A DNA stretch of 62,545 nt, the filler included, from Choristocarpus tenellus KU-1152 (Eukaryota; Protista; Phaeophyceae): assembly GCA_964200185.2 (NCBI GenBank). It is 7 parts of 7 records of this genome, joined end to end, with 100 filler letters (N's around TTAATTAATTAA, not from the genome) between each part and the next. Parts side by side here need not be neighbours in the genome. Positions count along the whole stretch, not along the records: positions 10,214 to 17,779 come from CAXNAD020005953.1; positions 17,880 to 26,356 come from CAXNAD020004666.1; 5 more parts are not named here. The stretch is one strand, 5' to 3'. The notes under the pieces are model-generated. The model worked only from the letters and a program-made list of their open reading frames with translations. It was not told where the DNA came from and made no database searches. Each line of letters opens with the position of its first letter. Within the stretch, counting starts at the first letter, position 1. Made by a program: the position numbers and the translations under genes. Positions 10,600 to 20,900 of the stretch are shown one piece after another.

Positions 10600-13500
10600 C
10601 ACGACATAATCTGTATCTCCTGAACGGCCGCATAATATTCGATGGGCACACGGACAGACTAATAACGACCATGGCGGATTGCAATAGTCTCCCGCAATAT
10701 ACCCCGTATTTCAGCGCTGGCGAACTCTGCAACTCACCGTTTAGGTGATGTAATTGCGCGGCCCACGGGTGGGGCAAAAATATCGCGATGGTGCCCTGAG
10801 GATATATCTTCACCTGCAAGCACTCAACCACCTGGCACAAGTGTGTGTTGGTCGCCTCTTCGTCGTTGAGGAGTCTTGGCTCGGCGGCAATGGACACTAT
10901 GGCGAGCTTTGGCGCATTGCGGAAGGCGAACTCTTTCAGGCGGTCTAAGGGTACCGTAGGGTTGAGAGGGCGAAGGTCGTGTAGTGCAGTGCTCTCAGTC
11001 CTGGTTGGACATCATGACACACGACACAGTAGACAGACAGCACGACAAGAAGGACAGCGTCGTAAGCAACGGTGCAGGCAATAGTATCAATAAGTGAGGT
11101 CCTGACAATATCTCTACGGCATCCCCAAAATGTCAAGCCGTACCCTCCACAATGCCAGACCCATCAGATACATCTCGTGGAAGGAGGGTAGAGTAAAAAA
11201 ACTAAGTTCCATGGCCCATGGAAACCTCCAAAAAACGACACATCCAATGCACAAAGGATGAGCAATCCACATGATGTACAAGCAGCCAAGACCTACATGC
11301 AAACCAACGCGAAACCAAACACGTAGAGACGACTTGTATGTCCGTATAATGTGCAACCACACCGAGACCCACATACACTTCTCCATGTCCGCCGTTTCGC
11401 TGCGTGAGGGGGGACGTAAAAGGCTTTGCCTGGTGGTTGACCCGCCTGCGCTCCTTGCGTGACCCTTACCCTTGTCCCTGCCCCTGCCCCGACCCACCTC
11501 TTCGTTCCCCACCGATCCAGACCCTTCATTGCCCTCCTGTGTCATGGGGCAATTGATACATAATCGATCCTTGTGCCTCTCGTCGCCTGCAATCTCCATG
11601 TAGGCACATTCGCCCATATGCGTGATGGAGCACTTTGGGCATGAATACCTGTCGCGCGTGTCATCGAACAAGAGTGTTAAACAGACAGGATAGTATTTTT
11701 CCAAATCATTAATTGGGCGCAACAACACAATGCGGGGATCCACAGTTACGAAGGACCACGAAATTGGCGGCGCAAAGCAGTACGAAGTAGTACAGGTGAG
11801 ATACAACAGTCGGCGATGTACATGCATTAACAAACAATCGGACTGTGGCAAATAACGAGACGTGGGGGTAGCGACCGCAGCGCCACACACAAAGAGACCC
11901 CGCAAGTTCCACCTGTTCAATGGCATGCACCGCTAAAGCAAGACAACCTAGTTAGCCGTTCGGGGGATTGGATGGAAACCAATCTTACGCCATTAATTAC
12001 CCGCCATCCGCGTGTGTGCACTGTTACAACCACATTACTCACCAAGACGTAGGTGGAGGATTGCATTCAGTACAGCAAACGCCCGTATTCCACCCTCCAT
12101 GACCGTTTTGTTCTTCTTCCGCACCAGGAACGCTGCCGACAGAACCCCCTTCGCCTGTATCCTCCCTGTCTGGCAATCCGTCCCCTCCCTCGTCTTCGTC
12201 CCCTGCTTTGTGTTCGCACCCTCCCTCGCCTTCTTTCTCACGGCCATCTGATGCTGAACCGTTCTTGCTCTCGACGTCTGCGCCGCCGCCATCACAGCCC
12301 CACCCGCTGTGAACCCGGTGGAGGTTGACCTGGTTGAGGACATCCTGGTATTTCCCATCCCAGGTGGTGAGGTAAGCGCGTAGAGTCGAGTCCTTCTCGA
12401 GAATCTGGTGGTGGACACAGCGGAGGATTTTGTTGAGGAGAGGAGGGGACGATGGCGACGTCAAAAATGGGAGAGTGTAATGGAAGTACGAGAGCATGTC
12501 AATCAAACAGAGCAAATGATACGGTTGACGTGGTGAACGTGTTTAATGGAGGTGGCTTGCGGGGCGAAATAGTTTGAAAGAGGTCCATGTCGAGGACGCC
12601 AGCCTGTCTGTAGGTTACGACAGTGACGCGTGTTGGAGGCAGAAACGAGGTGGAGATCGACCAAGATCGTTGTCTAGAGTTGAAGGCAACGGTTGGCTAT
12701 TCCCGCTATTAGCAACGAAAGACTAGAACTGACAAAACAGGATCGTTTGTTGTAGGGAAGGCAACTCTGTCGCTCATGATGATGATGAAGACCCACCACC
12801 AATCCTACCAAGCGTCAACTAATTGTTTTTGTACAAGCCATTTCAGCTGTAATTACGAACACAGGAGGCACACTCACGGCTCTGACCCATTGCAGAGGTT
12901 TCATTCCGACAACCGTCGAGATGTTTGCCCTCAGCTGCCAGACGGGCCCCCTTGTTGGTCGCCAGATGAAACCTTCTGCAGAAGTTTGGGCCACCTCCCT
13001 CTTCCTCTCCTCGTGGTGGGGCTTGACCCAGAGGTCGTGCATATTGCACTTCTCATATGCGAGCCTGTCCATTTCCCTGGCAGCCCGTGTTACATTCTCG
13101 TAACGTCCGAAATTCAGAGCAGTTTTGCAACAATCAATAAGTGCGGTGCCGAAAAAGACGCTGACGGTATATTTTATAATTGAGGGGCGCATGGCGACGT
13201 ATGGGTGCACAGGAGATACGGAAAAGGCAAGAAAAGAGAACCGCTGCAACTGCAACATTTACCAACCTTTAGAACTCTGGTGTCCACTTCTCCTTGGGTA
13301 CAATCTGCCTGGTGCACGAGACAACCATCTCAGACATGTGCGCGTCCGATTCGATGTGGCTCTGATGTCACACGTCACACACCCGTATCTCTCCCCTCTT
13401 CCACATCGGTATGCATCCCTGGATGTACAAACACATTTTGATTGCTTCCTAGGAGGATCACAGAGCTATCACTCTCTCCTCAATCACCAAATGATAGTGC

Positions 13501-16290
13501 GGGGGATCCATGTTTGAGCTCGATAAAGACAAGGGATTCATCAATGGATGAAAAATATCCCTTGTCTACCCCCTACAAGGATCAAACCTGGACGGATCGT
13601 CATTGAGGTGAAAAGAGGAACTGAGAAGCGCCTATCTCCATCATACTTTACTCGGAGTTTGGAGAGCTCCTGATTGCTCTGATTACCAGTGCTTTTTGTT
13701 ACCATTTCAAGAACTGTCAAGTACTCCGAAGTATCGGACCTCAACTTTGGCGACCACTTGATGTAGGAAGAAGCAATTTGCGCAAGTCATTGTGCGTGTT
13801 GACTCAAATCATACCAGTTTGAGAACAACGTTTGCCAGGGGGTGTATTCACACAAGACTAACTGATTGACATCAAGCATACAAGAATTGGTGATGCGGAA
13901 CCAAAACACCATTCCGCTTTAGGTATTGCTTGCAAAACAAACGGGGGTATGCTAGAGAATTAGTAGTGGACAGGGTGATGAACGTCAACAGGACACTCTC
14001 CAATATCTCCCTTCATAGTGAGAAGTTTGATATGACACGCAATGACAATTGCATACACAAAGTAGAAAAGTATTTCAAACACCTTCCTGGGCAGGTCATT
14101 ATCTCCTCTTCTGCACACTGGTCTCAATGTGTTGATCATGTCCATTTCAAAACGAGTACCATGCAGGTGTTTGGTGGCTTAAGAAATACTCTTGCTCTAA
14201 ATCAACACAATTGCAGGAGAGGAAGTGCAAGATCTTCCACTTCCAGATCCTCCAAACCAAAAAGAAAGGGAAAACCTGTGAGTTCATCTTCTCTCGCGGG
14301 CAAGCAAAAGCGTGGTCATTCCACCACAAAAGGTGAGAGCGCACCTGGAAGCAGCTGCCATTTTGTCTCTGGTGCCTCAAACAATCTGTTGTTAGGGTAA
14401 TTCGAGAAGTGTAACAGATTTACGTGCCAAGTTTATCACGATTTATCTCTCATTGTAAACCTAACCAAGGATACACTCTTTTTTGCTAGTGATGTTATTT
14501 TTGCTGTAGGAATTTCGCCGTAGGAACCTTCCCGTTGAACGACTCGTACCTGCAAAACGAGAATGGCCATGAAGGACGTCAACGAGAACGATGTGCAGGT
14601 AATGATGAGGAAAGGGTCGCCCCTGCAGAAAATATTCATGGGTCGATTGTCGTAGTTCAGAAAAGACAAGAGCGCACATACACAGAAAACACACACTGTT
14701 CGTAGAATTTCCACAATACAACGAAGGGTTCTTCGTTCGACACAACAATGGCCGACTACATTCTTCATTGTAGGAGACACTTATTTAACGTTCCTGTGAA
14801 ATGTACTGCGACCTGCACACATTGCGCTTACTGCTGTATACACGATAAAACAAAGTGGCGGTTTGACTTGCCTAGCAAGCAGATGGATGCATAGCCCCTG
14901 CTTGAGAGAAGTGAAGCCAGCAAATTCCTCACGACTCAGATAGTTGAGTGTGACTGCATTGCGGTCAACCTGTGGTGACAAGGTCTCACACACTTCTTCC
15001 AGTACCTTGAAGGACTCTGGTCGAAGGTACTTTACGCCTTGCTGCCAGTTTCATAGAGTTCTTTTCGGCGGGGGAGGAACTCCCACCTTCGTGATGGGCA
15101 GAAAACGGAAAATATTATGCACCCAGTCAGCGATTATGAGGCATCGCTATTACCAGGCCAACAGGGTATGTATGAATGTGGGGGGGGGGGGTTCAGGCAA
15201 CACCGTCGATAAAACAAGCAAGGACACTTTTTATTGTTCGTCTGTGGTTAACCACACATACATACTACATGGTCACCCGAAAATCAATAAGTTGGTTGAC
15301 AGGGTTCCTAAACGCGGGATAACTATCTCGACTTAGGTTGAATAGGAGGACACAGAGAGATTTCACAACAGCTCTAACCCAACTAGAGGAGGAGTAGAGC
15401 GCCACCATCCCACCAACGTTGACAACTCCCTTACCTTTTTGTACATTTTGCGGATCTCTACTAGTGACGCTTATTTTTTCTTCGTCTGTTGCTTGATAGC
15501 TTCTTCAAGCTCGTGCTGAAAAAATATATCTTATTGTACAGCGTGCGCTCAACCACACTCTCGGTCGCGTCGTTGAATGCCATAAGCGTGGTCCCACGGT
15601 GTATTGGGCGAATGGGACAAGGGGTAGGTGGGAAGTGGTCATGGGACACACGCGGCATGCAGTAGTGAGCAACATGTTGCTATCGACAGAAAGACCATGA
15701 GGGGTAAAAAAGATAAACAACAAATAGATCCTCAGTGGGCTGACAGATGATGAAGCAAACAAAGGAAACTCGGCAACAACTTCGTACATCAGAAGAGTCA
15801 TCAGGCGATCATGGAACAACGAAAACACTCAACTTACTTTGTTGCTTTGATCAGAATAGTCAGGCGATCATGGAACAACGACAACACTCCACCACCCACC
15901 GTTGGCAATTAGCCTCTCTTCTGCTTGGTTGAACTCCATGTAGACCCGCCTCATGAAAGCGCGTTCGGGTTCAAACTCTCTCTTCAGCACCGTTATTCTA
16001 TGGTTTCCGTCCAGTGTAGGTCCTGCAATGGCGAGCGCAGTTTCGGCGGTGAGCTGGTCTCCATTACCTAAACAGTCTCGCTGGATTACGACAGATGAAG
16101 CAAACTGCTCCAACCAGCCTTTCTCGTGGATAGACTTTTGACGCGCGCAAGGCCACGCTCGCTCAGTGGATGACCATCTCCGTGCATGTGATGTTGCTTA
16201 GGTTCATCCGGTACGTGCCGAGGTAGTGATGTTCTAGGAGCGAGGACATGCCCTTCAGATCGCTGTCCCACGTTTTTGATCCATGGGCTG
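10600..16290 (-). pseudogene. Decayed multi-exon gene: ParB/Srx-like domain + linker + PHD-like finger + putative amino-DNA-methyltransferase-like region (probably TE cargo)
   Basis: Stitched across frameshifts. 16290-15900: LGTYRMNLSNITCTEMVI/PLSERGLARVK/SIHEKGWLEQFASSVV...TLDGNHRITVLK...EERLIAN. ~15590-15435: AFNDATESVVERTLYNKIYFF. ~15080-14870: NWQQGVKYLRPESFKVLEEVC. Further exons ~14550-14465 and ~13110-12888. ~12430-12040: acidic/Gly-rich linker. ~11695-11550: YPVC..CPKCSITHMGEC..CINC. ~10990-10600: PKLAIVSI...CLQVKIYPQGTIAIF, then frameshifted NPPWSLLV...TDYVVC. In-frame stops and frameshifts are present. Confidence 0.55.
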
Positions 16291-16589
16291 CGCCATCGGC
16301 GGGCGAGTGGGTTGTTGTTTAGCGAATGCTGGACATGGTGAAGGTTGGGAGGGTGTGACAGGGATCGATAAATAACAGGTGCATGTGGTACGTATGGAAG
16401 GGAACGAATTGAAATGAGGACTGAGGGATGGGAGGTGCTGCTTTATTTCATCCGGTCGGTCGGTCCTCAAAACTCAGATTTCTCTTTCCGTTGACACTTG
16501 TGTTATAAAAAATACGAATATCGAACAGCATACGATTTCATATTGGAAAGAGACAAAGAGTAACAGTTTTTTGTGATCTTTTCGTTTTG

Positions 16590-17645
16590 TACGTTTCAAA
16601 CGTATTGGATCAATGAAGTATGTGGTTTGTATTTGTATTTGTTGATGTAAAGATTAGAATATTGATATTATTTCTTAAAAAACCTAACGCACGTGTTTTG
16701 GGTCTTCAAGGGTTTAGAAGATCAGATCGGATCTTTAAAACTCTAGATCCGCTTTTTTGTCGTCTCTAGTATTTTTAAGAATACTAAAGTCGCCAAAAAG
16801 CGGTTATAGTATTTAAATAAATTGTGCGTACCAGTTGGAAGTGACCTTTTAGTTTCTGAAAATTGGAAACGTGTGAGACTCATAAAGTGTGTGCTTTGCA
16901 TTTTCAAAAATTGTAAGAACGGTTATTACTGGATTTACTATTTCTAAAAATCCGAATGCACGTGTTTTGGGTGTTCAAGGGCTTAGCGGATCCGATCGGA
17001 TCCGCTAAACCCAAAGAACCGCGTTTTGTCGTCTCTAGTATTTTCAAGAATGCAAATGTCCAACAAGTTAAGATGTTGTACTTAAAAAAATTAGAGGGTG
17101 CCAGTTTTTTTTTTACCTTTTGGTTTCTGAACATTGGAAACGTACAAGATCAATGAAGTATGTGCTTTGTATTTTTAAAAGGTGTAAGTACTGGTATAAT
17201 CGGATTTGCAACTTCCGAAAACCGTAATGCACGGATTTTCAGGACCATGGATCTCAGGGTGGTCCCACGGATAGCCCAGAGCTCAAAGAAAGTTGGTTTC
17301 GGAACATTGGAAACGTACAATATCAATTAAGTATGTGATTTGTATTTAAAAAAAAATTGTAAGTACGGATATAATCGGATTTACAACTTCCGAAAACCGT
17401 AATACACGGATTTTCAGGATCATGGAACTCAGGGTGGTCCCACGGATAGCCCAGAGCTCTAATAAAGTTGGTTACGAAACATTGGAAACGTACAATATCA
17501 ATTAAGTATGTGATTTGTATTTTTTTTTTAAATGTAAGTACGGATATAATCGGATTTACAGCTTCCGAAAACCGCAATGCACGGATTTTTGGGATCATGG
17601 ATCTCAGGGTGGTCCCACGGATAGCCTGGAGCTCAAACAAAGTTC
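16590..17645. repeat. Hierarchical tandem array: two ~270-bp units followed by three ~174-bp units that share a common first ~110 bp
   Basis: Unit starts (AACATTGGAAACGTACAA-like) at ~16590, ~16860, 17130, 17303 and 17478. The short units end in CTCAGGGTGGTCCCACGGATAGCC(C/T)(A/G)GAGCTC. The long units carry a palindrome (perfect at 16983-17008). Confidence 0.85.
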
Positions 17646-17914
17646 ATATGCCCCGCCTTTGAATCTCATCACTCCTAGACCTTCTCACTGCCCAAGACCG
17701 CCTGTTGCCCGAAAACACCATGACAGTTGCTTCCAGAGCAAGGGGGTGGCTTTTGTCGCCTACGTCTCCCCCTGTGTTGNNNNNNNNNNNNNNNNNNNNN
17801 NNNNNNNNNNNNNNNNNNNNNNNTTAATTAATTAANNNNNNNNNNNNNNNNNNNNNNNNNNNNNNNNNNNNNNNNNNNNCCCCCTCCCACTCCCCCTCAA
17901 ATAACAAAGCTCAC

Positions 17915-20900
17915 GTAGTGGAGGTGCATGGTGTCACCCTGAGAGAACGGCTCTGTGCCTGTGAAGGGACCATAGTTCACTGTTTCCCCCTTTACACTAG
18001 TCTTGCCAGAGATGTTTGTCATGTCGATGATCTGGTGCGGAACCCCGGAAGGTGCGATTGATTTCATTGATTGATTGATTGGCTCTTTCATTGATGGGGA
18101 GTGGTTAACCAACAAAAACAATATATATATATATATATATATTGTCCGACCAGTGGTCAGAGGATACACAAAGGAATATTCAGAAAAAAATCAGCAGTAC
18201 ATCAACATTGAATAAGTTTATGTACAGAAGTATTAAAAAAGAAAAATGTCATCACCGATACAGAGTAAAAGAATTGGCTGTTGAGGCAGCGTCACCCACA
18301 CTGCAACAGTGTTGACTCTCACGTATCCACCTACACATTCCACATTAACAAATATATACATTTTTGAAGTGGTGCATGAAGGCGAGCATGGGCAGTCAGT
18401 ATCCATTAAAAGGGAGACATTACTTCAAGGCAAAAGAGGTATAGCACAAGCAATGTTTATAACGAACTTATTGTTGCACATAAGTTCATACATATATATA
18501 TGCGTGTGTGTGTGTGTGTGCTTGGGGTAGGGAAGGGGGGGGTTAGGGTTAGGCTTAGGGCTACAAATGCAAGTTAAGAAATCGGATAGGCAATATCTTC
18601 TTATTGGCTAGAAGGGATTAATCCATTTATCCACATCAAACCCAGCTGAGGCAAATACACACTTCAGAAAATATGCTATATTTACTCCATTTCTTTTGCA
18701 GTCCTCCCTCACGTTATCTACACACCACTGCTGTATGAATAGCACCAACTGTAAACAAAACACACACACACACACACAACTGTAAGCAACAAATTGGGGG
18801 TTTAAATCCTTATCCTGCTGCCCTTTCTTTCTCTTCTCCTCTCCTGCACTCTCTCCATACTGCCCACCACCACCCCATCACTCCAAGGACTAAAGTCCTG
18901 CTACAAAAAACAAAGTCTACTCCTTCAAACAACACGAAGGATGGCCTAATACCCTGACACACTACACATGCAATAAAGACGTAAAAGTCTATTATAGGGC
19001 TAGACCTAGGAACGCGAATCATACACACACACACATATATAAATAAATACAGCCAAGGACCAAAATGATTTATAGGGAGGTCTGTAACAATGGTACTACC
19101 ACTGGAGGGTATATCCAATGGTTGCAGAACCAAGCTGTGTTACAAGAAGAGCAAGGCCATCATAAATCAAACCCAAGCTTTCAAGAATGGAGCTGGTATA
19201 TACTCCCCTTGCGGAGTTTGTACTGTCTCTGCCTTTGCAGGTTCTTTTATTATGTTGGTTGGGATTATTGCGAATGCCCGGATAAATGGTTCAAACAACC
19301 CCCCCCTCACATTTCTCCAAGGTTTAAAAATCAACCAAAAACCTTAAAAGAGAACAAATCCAATCGATGTACCAAAAAATCTAGTAAAGTAACACACTGG
19401 CTCCAGTTAAAGTGTTCCAATATAAAAATAAATATAAATGCTGCAATGATGATGCACTCTGAACACTTCCCAATAAAGCAAATAAGAACCGCAACATGCA
19501 CAAAAAAATTAAATATCATTAAAGTGCACCATAACCATGGGTATCACAAAAACATCAAACACAGTTATGGAAAAACAAAATTAAAAAGTGGAGAAAAGCT
19601 AAAAAAAAATCCTCAAGGATATCGTACAAAATAACGCCTTTTCGGTGCAACACGCAGCCGTACCAGTTAAAAAAAAAAAAGAAACAAGATTTTTTTTTCA
19701 AAATCACGCTCTATATCTCCAGGTGTCAAAAGTACTGGACACAAGTGCAAAAAAATAACATGATGTACCTACATGCAGTGGTGTTGAAAACTTATATATA
19801 TTTTAATAAAAAACAAAAAAATAGAAAAAATGTCGAACTGCTACAGACATCAAAAAACACCCGACGTAGTAGTAATGAATAAAATAAATAAAATACTACT
19901 ACACAACCACAAATAAAAGGCAGTGCTGAGGAGTAAGATCATGACAAAAAGAGGTACATGTACCTACAAGGAAGGAAGGTCTCACCTCCTTGCTGCCAAG
20001 TCGAACAGAGGTGCTCTGTGTGGTGGTGGCGTAGGGCGACCCAACCAGCATGGAGCCGGTGTATAACACCAACTGGTTATCCACCTGAGTTATCTCCTTG
20101 GGAAATGCCTCCAGATAATCCGTGTATATGGCAGTAATCTGAACAAATTGGATTTAAAAAAAAAAGCATCATGCATGTACGCACACAGACATATTTAAGA
20201 ATAAAATATCCACAGCAATAAAAAAAAAGCATTATCCATGTACGCACACAGACATATTTAAGAATAAAATATCCACAGCAATAACCTCAACGGTTGACAA
20301 TCACTCTTACAATGCCTTCTTCCTGCCAACAAAACTACAACCCCTGTAAAACCACCTGAAACACGCTGTTGCCCCTTGAGGGCATTTCAGGCTAGCTGAG
20401 TCTCATCCCATGCAGAGCATAAATATCCTTTTTTTTTTTATTCTACCCGAGAAAACTCGTTTCTTTTCTCAGAAGGTTCCCAAATGCCTTCACATCCCCC
20501 AAAATTGAGCTGCGCAACAGACAGTAGAGTATCCCCCCCAAAAGAGGTGATTCCGCTGACTGACTATTAATCAAGCAATCTGCATGCACAGGTAACAGAA
20601 AACAAACTCTCATCAAGTTTTTCTAACCAACAAATGTCTGGAAGGAAGTTACCATTGTTCCGAAGGGTTTACTCAAGTCCCCCCCCCCCCACACACACAC
20701 AAAAGAAATAGAACATACGGTACAGAAAAGGTGACATTGTTGACTTTTTCCCAACGAGGACAACTGTTATCGAGAATCTTATTATTATTATTATTATTCA
20801 CAATTGTCTAGAGGTACTTTCTATTCAAGACTGTTTTGACCCTGTCTTTTTCAATTGGCAGTTTGAATATGTCACATTTCTGCTGCCCATGCTTGATACC

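Noticed and set aside
15900-16290. Sulfiredoxin gene
   Set aside because: The motif is DGNHR, not FGGCHR, and the domain is part of a much longer multi-exon path.
17130-17645. CRISPR-like array
   Set aside because: Whole ~174-bp units are repeated with no unique spacers and no cas genes; it is a tandem repeat.
19065-19634. 189-aa plus-strand ORF
   Set aside because: A-rich antisense of an RPN1 intron with low-complexity Lys/Asn bias and no domain.
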